Positions 28,853-38,900 of a stretch of DNA of 64,000 nt are shown here, piece after piece. Positions within the stretch are counted from its first letter, which is position 1. Every line of letters begins with the position of its first letter. Made by a program: the position numbers and the translations under genes. The DNA comes from a virus (Duplodnaviria > Caudoviricetes), in the IMG/VR virus record IMGVR_UViG_3300037470_000569, positions 1-64,000 of that record; one strand, 5' to 3'. Under the pieces are notes generated by a model. That model was not told the DNA's origin and did no database searches. It saw nothing but the letters and a program-made list of their open reading frames with translations.

Positions 28853-29505
28853 GTGACACGCTCTTTCTCTTTCCAGGACTGACCCGCCGTCGAACCAGCG
28901 TGGTGGTGACACTGCCACGTGCGCTCGGGGTGGTGGACGAACTTACAACCGATGCGCAGGAGTCGCAGGTGTCCGCCCCAGTCCTCGCAGTCCGCCTTTG
29001 GCCACTCCGGCGTACCCGGATTGGGGTAGCCACCGGACCGCTCCAGCAACCCGCGACGGACGACCGTAGTGATCGGTATGAACGAGTATTGGCGGAAGTG
29101 CGCTTCCTGCTCCCGCTCGAACGGTACCCCTAGGGGGTGGACCAACTGACCGTCCTTCATGGTCGCGAGAGCGTCAGGACGACTGGGGGTCCACTCGCTC
29201 CAGCCAACGTGTTCGAACCAGGAGTACACCAATCCAGCCTGCTTCTCGACGAGCGTATCCACACACGCCTCGAGATGTTGTGGCAGGAACTCGTCATCAT
29301 CGTCGAGGAACGCGACGACATCGGTCGACGCTGCTCGCCACGCAGCATTTCGCGTCGGTGCAGCACCGTGACCCTTCTTATCCAGCATCACGATGACTTC
29401 ATCGGGTAAACACGTCTGCTCCTCGACCGACGCGATGGCGCGGCCGAGGAGCGTCTCCCGACCTGGAATAGTCGGGATGCAGACGGTGACGGACGGTCGG
29501 GTCAC
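28849..29505 (-). CDS. glycosyltransferase family 2
   Basis: VTVCIPTIPGR, AFLDDDDEF, CEDW motifs. Confidence 0.88.
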   Translation of the reverse strand: MTRPSVTVCIPTIPGRETLLGRAIASVEEQTCLPDEVIVMLDKKGHGAAPTRNAAWRAASTDVVAFLDDDDEFLPQHLEACVDTLVEKQAGLVYSWFEHVGWSEWTPSRPDALATMKDGQLVHPLGVPFEREQEAHFRQYSFIPITTVVRRGLLERSGGYPNPGTPEWPKADCEDWGGHLRLLRIGCKFVHHPERTWQCHHHAGSTAGQSWKEKERVT

Positions 29506-29753
29506 AACACCGACGGGGAATCAACTGGGCCGACGGGACCTGAGAGAAGGCTGGTTAGGAATGATAGCGCTGTGGCGCCGAGAGCCAGACCCATGGTCGC
29601 CTTGAGGTCAACCTCGAAGAGGTTGAACACCCCATCACCGACACCCCAGACCAAGATGACGGCTTGTGCGAAACTTTTCACAGCACGATCCAGGGTGGCA
29701 CGCCAGAAGGCGCGGCCATAGGTGTTGTACCCAGGACCAGAAGCTTCAGTCAT
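29502..29753 (-). CDS. holin (r1t-like)
   Basis: FWRATLDRAVKSFAQA with two hydrophobic helices, matching the r1t-holin pattern. Confidence 0.8.
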   Translation of the reverse strand: MTEASGPGYNTYGRAFWRATLDRAVKSFAQAVILVWGVGDGVFNLFEVDLKATMGLALGATALSFLTSLLSGPVGPVDSPSVL

Positions 29754-29762
29754 AACATCCTC

Positions 29763-29930
29763 CTAGTTCGTCACCGCTCTAGTGGTGACGGTCTTTCGTC
29801 CGGCGATGAGCCAGTGCACCAGCCAGACCGGGCTCCACAACCCACACGTCACGCAAGTTAGCGTGATATGTACGGTCGTAGCTGAACTGGTCAACCCGGA
29901 CTTACTGACCGTTCGTACGACACCGGTCAT
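29763..29930 (-). CDS. small membrane protein (55 aa, not in the track)
   Basis: MTGVVRTVSKSG…HITLTCVTCGLWSPVWLVHW; GAGGAG upstream. Confidence 0.45.
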   Translation of the reverse strand: MTGVVRTVSKSGLTSSATTVHITLTCVTCGLWSPVWLVHWLIAGRKTVTTRAVTN

Positions 29931-29990
29931 AGCTGATCATCCTCCTCAAGTAGTCATTCACACTTCTTAAGAGGATTGTACCACTGGAGG

Positions 29991-30641
29991 TCATCGGTGT
30001 GTGGCGAGCCACCGCTCACCATCGCGACCCGCCGCTGCTTGGGTCCAAGGTGACTTACCGATCGTCGTTGAAACGTGATGCTCAACGCCAAGACCATGAA
30101 GCATACCTACGCGCTTACCAGCTGCGTTCGTCTTCCAGATCAGGTCGTCGTCACCGTACCAGATCTCATACTGCTCATCGACGCCAACCCAGTCACTGGA
30201 TCGGGCGACGAACGCCCACGCGGAGAAGCGGTAGCGATTGCCGGCCTGATGACTGACCGGGGAGACGCTAAAGGGAGGCTGGTTAACCGCTGAAGTCCCT
30301 GCGACACCTAGCAGCGCGTAGTCTGGATGTCCGTCCAGCGCGTCGTGGAGCGAGATCTCGAAGCCATCAGGGATCACGATGTCATCGTTGAGAACCAGGC
30401 AGTATGCGCCAGCTTCGCTAGCCCGCCGAACACCTTCGTTCCACTCATAGTAGATGTTCTTCCCGGGGCGGTGATACACGTAAACGTTCTTATGAGCTTC
30501 GTACACGCCTACGTGATCAGGCACTTCCGGCGAATTCACATAGAGCTCGACGATCGGTATCTTGTGTCTCAGGTACTCAACGAGACCATCAAGATCCTGT
30601 GAGAGTCCGATGGTCGGGATACACGCATGAATCAGTGGCAC
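29991..30641 (-). CDS. glycosyltransferase family 2
   Basis: CIPT, NIYYEWNEG, CLVLNDD, WYGDDDL motifs; start probably the GTG at 30641 (track ORF starts at 30911). Confidence 0.8.
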   Translation of the reverse strand: MPLIHACIPTIGLSQDLDGLVEYLRHKIPIVELYVNSPEVPDHVGVYEAHKNVYVYHRPGKNIYYEWNEGVRRASEAGAYCLVLNDDIVIPDGFEISLHDALDGHPDYALLGVAGTSAVNQPPFSVSPVSHQAGNRYRFSAWAFVARSSDWVGVDEQYEIWYGDDDLIWKTNAAGKRVGMLHGLGVEHHVSTTIGKSPWTQAAAGRDGERWLATHR

Positions 30642-30642
30642 A

Positions 30643-31332
30643 TCAAGTTCCGTCAACGTGAGGATGTAGCGTGACGAAGTCGTTGATGAGCAACTGCCCC
30701 GGTAGGTCACGCGGTCGATCGTTGTGATCACGCCAGACGACTGCTTGCGAGACCTGATCTTGATTCGTCCAGCGTACCTGCTCGGCGAGCCATGCATGCC
30801 CGATGTACTCGCGTGTTGGACTCCAGCGGGGATACACGATGAAGCCGGTCGCCCACAATCCCCAATGCTCAGGGTGCTCGAGTTTGCGGTAATAAGCAGC
30901 TTGATCAGCAACCGGCTGCGTGTGGTACTTCAGAAGCGGCACTGAGAAGTAAGCCTCGGTGTAGATGCAGTCCCGTGCTGGATGAGTGAACTGCCAGACA
31001 GAGTCTGGGTCAGTGGCGTCAGTGGCCACCACATCGAGCAACCGCGCGATTGCGTGCTCATCCTTAAGCACGAATGAACCATCCATCCAAACAATGAAAT
31101 CACGGTCAATGTCAACCCAACGCCACGGATCAACCTTCGGGATCTTCGCCGCAAGCCTCGGGTGCATCAGATCCCCACGAGGCTGGAGCTCAACCTGCCA
31201 TGTCGGTGTGCTGTGCAGATGCGGGTTATCTGTCACGCATACGAACTCGACGCCGTGCATGCTGAGCTGCGGAGGCTGTTCCTTCAGCCCATCATAGTCA
31301 CCGAAGATGCCGGTAAGAACAGTGACCTTCAC
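30643..31332 (-). CDS. DUF616/TOD1-MUCI70-type glycosyltransferase
   Basis: TGIFGDYD, FVCVTDNP, AKIPK, WMDGS, HPARDCIYTEA, QDQVS motifs. Confidence 0.8.
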   Translation of the reverse strand: MKVTVLTGIFGDYDGLKEQPPQLSMHGVEFVCVTDNPHLHSTPTWQVELQPRGDLMHPRLAAKIPKVDPWRWVDIDRDFIVWMDGSFVLKDEHAIARLLDVVATDATDPDSVWQFTHPARDCIYTEAYFSVPLLKYHTQPVADQAAYYRKLEHPEHWGLWATGFIVYPRWSPTREYIGHAWLAEQVRWTNQDQVSQAVVWRDHNDRPRDLPGQLLINDFVTLHPHVDGT

Positions 31333-32156
31333 CGGTAGCTCTCCACCGCCGCGACAAACAGATCATGATCGAACACAGGGTGCCACCCACCCAGGAGGTC
31401 CCAACCCTCGCCAGCAGCAACGTCCTGACCAGTCGACCGCAAACGCTCACCCTTGCGGCGAGGTAAGTGCTGGATGTCAGAGCGTCCGCCCGTGATGTGA
31501 ATGACATCACGTGCGATCTCCAAGACAGTCTGCACGTAACCTGTCCCGGCATCGAAGACCTGGCCATCACCGAACTTCATCGCCGCGACGAGCATACGAG
31601 CGACGTCATCGACGTGCACGAGGTCAACGTGCAGAGTGCCACTACCCCATACCGGCAGTGACTCACCCAGCCAACCCTTCGTCGCGAACGAAGGAACGAT
31701 CTTAGTGGGATGATCACCACCATAAGCTTGCCCAGGGCCGTACGCGTTATAAGCCCGAACGTAGCTTACGTGGAGGTCACCACTGTGACGGTAAGCCTCG
31801 CTGGTATCCATCGCACAGGCCTTCGTCGCGGCATACAGTGAAGGATTCACGCGCGGCATCGTGATCTGCGTAAGACCCACACCGTGCTTCACACAAGCGG
31901 TCGTGACGTGCAGACTACCCAACACGTTGACCTGAAACGCACGTTCCGCTTGGTCCAGCAACTCATGCGTGCCAAGCAGTCCCGCAAGATGTATGACGTG
32001 ATCAACACCGCCCACAGCATCATACACCAGCGGTGTGTCGGTGACATCGCTACCACTCGTGCGATCGAACGTGAACGCCTCGTGTCCCTCGAGTCGCAGC
32101 CGATCGATCGTGGCACGACCAATCCAGCCACTACCACCGGTAATGAGGACTCTCAC
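31329..32156 (-). CDS. NAD-dependent epimerase/dehydratase (extended SDR)
   Basis: ITGGSGWIG Rossmann motif, HLAG, YAATK catalytic motif, NAYGPGQ, DLVHVDDVA. Confidence 0.92.
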   Translation of the reverse strand: MRVLITGGSGWIGRATIDRLRLEGHEAFTFDRTSGSDVTDTPLVYDAVGGVDHVIHLAGLLGTHELLDQAERAFQVNVLGSLHVTTACVKHGVGLTQITMPRVNPSLYAATKACAMDTSEAYRHSGDLHVSYVRAYNAYGPGQAYGGDHPTKIVPSFATKGWLGESLPVWGSGTLHVDLVHVDDVARMLVAAMKFGDGQVFDAGTGYVQTVLEIARDVIHITGGRSDIQHLPRRKGERLRSTGQDVAAGEGWDLLGGWHPVFDHDLFVAAVESYR

Positions 32157-32473
32157 AGCGCTTCTGATTTCTTGAGGTTAAGCATCGACACGACGGCCGG
32201 GTGATCAACTCGATGAGGACCGGCATCAGGGTCGCCAGCAGCGTGAGCCTGACGCCAGGCGTCGAACTTATCGGCCAGATCGAATAGGTCGCTGACGTAC
32301 TCCGAATCCATGCCCTCGACCCGTGAAGCAGTGGCCAGGGCTCGGATGGCGTGTGGCACTGCAGGGTCGGCAGCGCCGAGGACGAGCCACGGCCACTCGG
32401 GCATTGTGGCATCGCGACGTAGCACCAAATACTTATTCTTACGCTCATCATTGATCTGCCAGACACCACTCAC
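32153..32473 (-). CDS. hypothetical protein (106 aa)
   Basis: KYLVLRRD…WLVLGAADP pattern; coupled to neighbours. Confidence 0.7.
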   Translation of the reverse strand: MSGVWQINDERKNKYLVLRRDATMPEWPWLVLGAADPAVPHAIRALATASRVEGMDSEYVSDLFDLADKFDAWRQAHAAGDPDAGPHRVDHPAVVSMLNLKKSEAL

Positions 32474-33051
32474 GTTCGCCGCTCCATTCGATAGATCCGC
32501 TCCACTCCATATGCGCTCGCCGTCTCGAGATCTTCAAATGAAAAGACAATGTCTGGAGTGAATCGCTCGACGATGTCTTCGTGTCGGAACGAAATGTCCG
32601 GTACACCGATCTCTTCGCTGAACGCGATCTCATGCGTCACATCAGCCATTGGAGTGAACAGTAGCAGGACCATGCGATGAGTGAAGGACTGGACCGCATT
32701 ATCCAGCACCTTCACCCAATCGCGATTGTGCTCAAGCACGAAACGCATGAAGAGGCCCGACACATTGCTACGGTAGTGCACGAGGTCGACAACCTCATCG
32801 GCGAATGGTGACGCCGAACCATCAAGTCCTCGGTATCGATCAGGCCGGACGAAGTTACGCATCCAGCCCATGCCACAACCCCAGTCCTTGATGAGATCAC
32901 AGTTGGCGAGCCACTCAGCGCCGAGTCGATACGTGTCGGTAGCAGCGTAAGCCGAGGTACCCGTAATGAAACCATCTCGCCCGAGCTTCAGCCACTCAGG
33001 CAGATCGCGGTACCACTCGTCCCAGCGTCCGGCGTTGCTCATAAGAGCCAC
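32470..33051 (-). CDS. class I SAM-dependent methyltransferase-like protein
   Basis: DWGCGMG motif I, YRGLDGS, RFVLEHN. Confidence 0.75.
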   Translation of the reverse strand: MALMSNAGRWDEWYRDLPEWLKLGRDGFITGTSAYAATDTYRLGAEWLANCDLIKDWGCGMGWMRNFVRPDRYRGLDGSASPFADEVVDLVHYRSNVSGLFMRFVLEHNRDWVKVLDNAVQSFTHRMVLLLFTPMADVTHEIAFSEEIGVPDISFRHEDIVERFTPDIVFSFEDLETASAYGVERIYRMERRT

Positions 33052-33594
33052 TCAGAAGTAAACCTCCGTGAGTCCATTGTTATGTAGAAACACCTGATGC
33101 GGTAGGTCCCCGAGCAGCTCATTCACCGCACGCCGCACAGGAAACGACGGCTGACTCTGCGGGATGTGATGATTGAACCACTCCACGTTCGTGTCGTGGA
33201 AGATCATCGCACCACCCTCACGTACACGCGGCCGGAAGAGTTCAATCTCCGCTCGTGTCTGGAGATATTCATGTGTCGTGTCGATGAAGATGATGTCAGC
33301 CTGCTCAGGCAGCGCCGCAAGCACGTGCTCATCAGTGTCGTAGCCCTCGAGGAACGTCCAGCGATCGAGTGGAACACCATTCCACAATCGCACAGGATCA
33401 ACCGACCACAAGTGACCGTCAGTCTGCTCCAGTGCATGAAGGAACGCCGCTGTCGATGCGCCATAACGAACACCCAGCTCGATGACCGTCTTCGCCTCGA
33501 GCTTCTGCACGACATGAACGAGCTCGGTGAGGTGCTCGTTGATATCCGACGGTGTGGCAACTGCTGCTTCATAGAGTTGCTGATATATGCCCAC
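33052..33594 (-). CDS. class I SAM-dependent methyltransferase (Methyltransf_24-like)
   Basis: VIELGVRYGAST, WSVD, IIFIDTTHEY, GGAMIFHDT. Confidence 0.88.
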   Translation of the reverse strand: MGIYQQLYEAAVATPSDINEHLTELVHVVQKLEAKTVIELGVRYGASTAAFLHALEQTDGHLWSVDPVRLWNGVPLDRWTFLEGYDTDEHVLAALPEQADIIFIDTTHEYLQTRAEIELFRPRVREGGAMIFHDTNVEWFNHHIPQSQPSFPVRRAVNELLGDLPHQVFLHNNGLTEVYF

Positions 33595-33596
33595 GC

Positions 33597-33797
33597 TTAT
33601 TCGCTCGCTGGAGGAAGTGGAGCGTCAAATCCCGATGTGAGTGGACGAACTGCATTTCGCACGATGATTTCAGTGCGGTACTCGGTAGCATCAGGTAACG
33701 TGGTTGTGAAGATGATCTCCGACTCGGCAATCTTCGACTCATGCACTGCTTCGACGAGCGCATAAAGCGCCACCATTGGATCGAACGTCACATGCAC
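33597..33797 (-). CDS. hypothetical protein (66 aa)
   Basis: Fills the gap between co-directional genes. Confidence 0.5.
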   Translation of the reverse strand: MHVTFDPMVALYALVEAVHESKIAESEIIFTTTLPDATEYRTEIIVRNAVRPLTSGFDAPLPPASE

Positions 33798-33798
33798 C

Positions 33799-33999
33799 TT
33801 ACTTCATTGCAGTTGTCGTAGTCATCGTCCCATTGACGGACCTGCGATGGATCGCCGCGAGTCCATAGTCGGAGAACGTCTTGACCTCACCCTCCGGCGA
33901 CGTCACGATGTACTCCGGCCGACTTGTCCCGGCAGCCAATGACTCAGCTTGCTGTTGATTCGCGACCACCCGACTCTGTCCACATGATCCACATGCCAT
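33799..33999 (-). CDS. small virion-associated protein (MACGSCG…)
   Basis: ATGA overlap with the protease stop; N-terminal CxxC typical of small genes after actinophage proteases. Confidence 0.65.
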   Translation of the reverse strand: MACGSCGQSRVVANQQQAESLAAGTSRPEYIVTSPEGEVKTFSDYGLAAIHRRSVNGTMTTTTAMK

Positions 34000-35636
34000 C
34001 AAACACTCTCCTTTGCAATCGCTCGACGTACAACGATCGTACCAGGAGGATAGGGTCCGTTCACAACAGACACCAGCTCGGAAGTTGCCACTCCTGCCGC
34101 AACGAGTGCTGTCCACGGTCCATCTTCCGTCGCGGCAGCCGCTCGCATACGTGGCACCGGGAATCCAGGGACGTTCACCGCGAGCACAGCGACCAGTCGC
34201 AGCTTTCCGGCGATAACTCTCCAGTCACCCGAAAGCGAAGCACCGCGTAGCTCACGCAGTTGCTCCTCATTCACTCGCGGTCGGAGCGCACCCGCGATCC
34301 AGATGCCGTGCGCATCCTCACCGACATTGATGTCGGCCGCACCGTGATTCGTGTCGTCGTAATGCTCGGCAGCTGGGACCGCACCCAGTTGGGTCGAGGC
34401 ATGTCCGATGCCGAACGTGATCGTACCAACCGAGACGCTCTCATCCTCGCGAGTTCGCAATTCGTGGCGGAGGAAGAAGGCATGTTCCCGCTCCTTCGGT
34501 GGAGTGATGCACCGATGAGGGAATGTCGTGTGACATGTTCCCCAGAGCGCGAGGTGCCCAAACACCTGACCCTCATCAGTAATCGTGAATGGCACCGCTT
34601 GCTTGAAGTTTGGGTCGGCGAACCAGTCGGCCGGCGGGTAGATGGGAATGCCGGCCGAGGTCAGCGCTTCACGGTCAGTCACAGTGTTCTCCGAATCGGT
34701 CTCAGCAGCGGTGAGCACGAGTGGATCACCAGCTGCAACCAGTGACTCGGTTTGAGGATCGCCAATGAGCTCAAGTCGACCCTCCACCAGGGCAGGCAGA
34801 CGGCACAGTGTCACGCCTCGAATGCGACCCTCGTGGTACACCTTCTTCTCAGGTGCACTCATCATCAACGACGGAACCCTGCCATCTTCATCCGCCGTCG
34901 CTACGACCGGCTCATCAGGGAAGATGATCTCGACTTTCCCCACCGAGTCGACGTCAACTGAGAGACCACCAGCATACCCACCTTTTACCTGCCGCACCAC
35001 CTCGCGGCCATGCTCCGAACCCATGTCGATGACGCCCCATGCTCGGATCGCCGTCGTGCCGTCGTCCTTATACTCACGCTCGATGATGTCAACACGACCG
35101 ACCGTTACGGCTTCCTCATGCTGCGGCTTATCCTTGGGCTGCCAGCCCAGAGTGATGAGGCTCGCCGCTGGCTCTTCCCATGACAGTGAGTCAACCGCAA
35201 ACTGACGACCATCACCCGTGTCACTGCCCTCGACGACAAGCACTCCGGTCCAGGGTTGAATGGAGTGATTATTTCCCGCTTCTTCACCATCCATCATCAT
35301 GGCAAGGTGCTTCGGTACGCACTTACCATTGAGCATCCGCTGTCCATCCGGACACTCATTCTCCTTGAGCCGCTTATCGGCTGGAGTACCAGATGAAGGA
35401 TCACCACCCAGGTACACTTCATCGAGACTTGCGTGAGTGTTCGCGGCGAACCGAGTCGTCAGTTCACTGGCGGCCTTGGTGACCGCCTCCTCTTGAGCGT
35501 AGAGAGCGGCCATTTGACTGTCGGCGGCTTCTTCTGAGGGATGACAACCCTCAACATCATTTGAGCCGTCCTTCACGACCGCCCAAGAACGGGAGGTCGG
35601 ACAATCAGCGTGGTTCTGCTCGGTGTGCCAGGGCAC
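33999..35636 (-). CDS. capsid maturation protease-like protein
   Basis: WTGVLVVEG..TGDGRQF, GRIRGVTL..LPA; C-terminal GQVFGHLALWGTCH…LSGDWR domain; position between MuF and capsid genes. Confidence 0.75.
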   Translation of the reverse strand: MPWHTEQNHADCPTSRSWAVVKDGSNDVEGCHPSEEAADSQMAALYAQEEAVTKAASELTTRFAANTHASLDEVYLGGDPSSGTPADKRLKENECPDGQRMLNGKCVPKHLAMMMDGEEAGNNHSIQPWTGVLVVEGSDTGDGRQFAVDSLSWEEPAASLITLGWQPKDKPQHEEAVTVGRVDIIEREYKDDGTTAIRAWGVIDMGSEHGREVVRQVKGGYAGGLSVDVDSVGKVEIIFPDEPVVATADEDGRVPSLMMSAPEKKVYHEGRIRGVTLCRLPALVEGRLELIGDPQTESLVAAGDPLVLTAAETDSENTVTDREALTSAGIPIYPPADWFADPNFKQAVPFTITDEGQVFGHLALWGTCHTTFPHRCITPPKEREHAFFLRHELRTREDESVSVGTITFGIGHASTQLGAVPAAEHYDDTNHGAADINVGEDAHGIWIAGALRPRVNEEQLRELRGASLSGDWRVIAGKLRLVAVLAVNVPGFPVPRMRAAAATEDGPWTALVAAGVATSELVSVVNGPYPPGTIVVRRAIAKESV

Positions 35637-35946
35637 TAGGAGACCTCCCGGCTAGTCCTAGCCCTGACTATACTCGATGAGCAGCTGGTGTGGTCTACAC
35701 GCCGCCACTTACGAGGACACTCTCAACGAGATCCTCATCTGTCGCAGTCGATGCAGCCTGCTGAATAGCGTCTTCGATCTCCAAGACACGCTGCGCTTCA
35801 GCCTTCTGATCGGTCACGATCTCGAACTGAGAGTCGCCGATACGGTCGCGGGCAGCAGCTGCCCCATCACTTGGAACTGTATCACTCACTGGTGTCATCT
35901 TTCGGCTAAAGATTTCCTATACTTACTACGTATTCTATCAAGAATC

Positions 35947-38900
35947 TTAGATCATATCAAACTGAAGGATTCCATCCTCGCTCTTCCCGATGAATTTCAG
36001 CTGGGTGTTGCGCGGAAAGATCAGTTCATTCTCGTAATCCGTACCGGCGATCGTCGTCTTGCCCGCCGGTATAGCGATCTCAATGCGACGACCGCTCGAC
36101 CCGAAGCTGTTGCCCGTCATTTTCGATGTGGACGTCGACATGAAGCCATGCTCTGTAATCGTCTCACCCGGCTTAAGCTTCCCCAGATCACTCGCGTATC
36201 TGCCCTTAACGCCGCGGTTTACGAAGAGCGTTTCATTGTTCTTCTTGCCATATACCGAGAATGCCTCATCCATTTTCTTAATATTTCGAGCAGTCGTCGG
36301 TGAAGCTACTTCCTGACCACGTGCAGCCCTATTCATCGGTGTGTAGCCCGAGCCGGTGTATGCTTTATGCGCCCTCAACACAGCATCATTCGGCTTAGCT
36401 TTGTAGTCACTCTCAATCTGACTACGTGACGACTTACGAAGCATGTCCGCGTTCTTCAACGCTGTCTTACGTGTCAGTGAGTTCGGCTGCCGAATGCTCG
36501 CCGGTATACTGGATGCCACACCAGGTACGTTACTGTGCAGCCCGGGAACAGCACTAGAGACGCCGCCACCACCAGTCTTAACACCTCCGGAAGATCCGGG
36601 TGCACTCGCATTGTGACGTGTCGCTACCTTGTACTTCAGATAGTTCGTCTTCTTCTTATGCTGCTCCGGAGTAAGAACACCTTCCTTTAGCTGTGCATCG
36701 AGAAAGAACTGCTGCTTCGCTTCATCAACGTTATAATGTTCATCTTTAACTTTACCCGCTGTGAGCTTCTTCTTCGGAGTTGCTCCGACGCTACTGGGTC
36801 CGCTGCTCGAAGAAGGAGTACTTGGTCTATTAAGCTTATTCTTCTTTATGATGAATGCACTGCCATCCTCAAGCTCAACCATGACCGAATCATCGGACGC
36901 CGTCCCGATGACCTTTCCCTTTGAGCCTGAAGATGTCGTAATCTTATCACCCGTCTTAAACTCGGGACCCTTTGACTTCGACTCACCTCCTCCCACACCT
37001 TTCTTAGTAAGCACCTGCTTACCATAAAGGACAGTACCCTTATCCGTCTTAACCTTGACGAAGTTACCGTGCTCACTTACAATCTCACCTTCAGCACCAC
37101 CAGGAAGACCGACCTTATCACCAGTCTTAAGACCAGGACTCTTCGCCGCAGCGTGCTCGCTCGGGGACAACCCACCCAAAGATGATGGCTTGGTGTCAGG
37201 TGCCTTCTTCGACTTAACCTTCGGCTTCCCCGGACCCTCGCCTCCAGCACCACCAGACTTATTAATGCGCTTAGAAGCCTTCACCTTGACATAATAAGTC
37301 TTATACTTATACTCTTTCTCACTGATGGCGCCATTCGCGTACTGCCCCTCGATGTCCTTGAGCTCGGCAGCCTCGGACGCGTTCAGTCGCTTAGTGTCAA
37401 CCTTCCCAGGTGCAAGCTTCTTCTTACCCGAGCTCTGAGCGGAAGCCCCACCACCACCGCCGCCGCCGCTCTTAGGTGCGAACTTACCTTGTGAATCACG
37501 CACATAGCGATCGAACATAACGAGAGGATTAGCTGACGACGTTAGCGTGTCAAAGTGCCAGGTAATTGCACACCGGCAGTTCACGCGAGTATGAGCGGAA
37601 GCATCGGGATCGCCAGGGTAATCCAGCTTCTCGCCGTCCACCGTGAACTTACCATCCAGTGGTACCGTCTGCCCGTCAGCGACACGGTGCTCCAGTCGGG
37701 TTCGCTTATCTCGAGTCGAGTTGTGGACTACAATACCGTTCGCTACATACCAGCCGCACTCGGTCGTAAGGTCATATACATCATGCCAGCCCGCATCGAT
37801 CTTAACAATGTCGACGATCTCATCAAGCAATATCTGAGTGGAGAAAGTTGCTTGAGTATCGGACGAAGATTGGGTGTTAACAGTGGTGTCGTTGCTCGGC
37901 ATCTCCGTGAAGCTGGGATCACTCTTCGATCTCGCTCTGATATGCAGCGATTGACGATTGATAAGCTCGATGATACTAAGCGTAGTGAGATTGCGCGTAA
38001 GGGTGTTGCTACTCGAGCGACCAATGGAACCCTCAAATTGACTCTGGAGCAGAGACGACGACGCGCTCAGATTAAAGAGAGTCTCGAGTTCAATATCGGT
38101 AAGTACGAACAACTCATCGCTACTTGGCTGCGTGAACGGGGCTTGCAGCCTCGAACGCAGGTCGCCGTTGAGTTCTACAACCTCGACCTCGCACTCGATA
38201 GGCTTGACATCGAGATCCACCACAGTGCTCATCATCCGTCGACTCGAGAGACCGTCCGTCGCCGTACGAAACACCTCATCGATTTGGGGTGGTTCGTTCT
38301 CTACATCTGGGTTAAGCCCGAAATCGGTTACATTCGTGGTGATGTTCACGCCGTCCAGGGAGTGAGTACTGATATAGTGGACGAGATAATCAGATGTGCT
38401 GAGATCTCGAGCGCTGATCCAACCACGCGTGGTCAATATCGGGTGATTCGGGGTAACGGTGAGGATGTCACGCGAGGTCTGAATACGTATCAGTACTCCC
38501 GGCCCACGTCGTCGTTTCACGACCTCGAGTGGTTGCGGTGACCATACTTTCGTATCACCAGTGACACAAAGCCATGTCTTCTTACTGGGCTGTGCTTCAG
38601 GTGGCAGCAGCCGAACCTGCTGAAGCGCTCCAGCATTCGACGCCCCGATGACCTCTGTGCGAGCGATCATCGTGGCTCGAGCGTTCGTCGTCTCCAGCAC
38701 ATCCTTCACTCGAGCCGATAGCTGCGGAATCGACTCACCGCTCTGCATACCCACGATCAACTCATCGCGGGTCCGCAGCCACATATCATTACCGACGCCG
38801 ACGAGTTGGTTCTCCACCCGCGTGAGGTAAGCGTGAGCAATCGGTTGCTCCGCACTCCACAACACAGGTGCACGAACAGAAACTTCCTGAAGAACGCGGT

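Noticed and set aside
24225-35672. TATAGTC motif upstream of the capsid (24225-24231) and protease (35666-35672) genes as a late promoter
   Set aside because: Only two 7-bp instances at different distances from the start codons; not distinguishable from chance without TSS data
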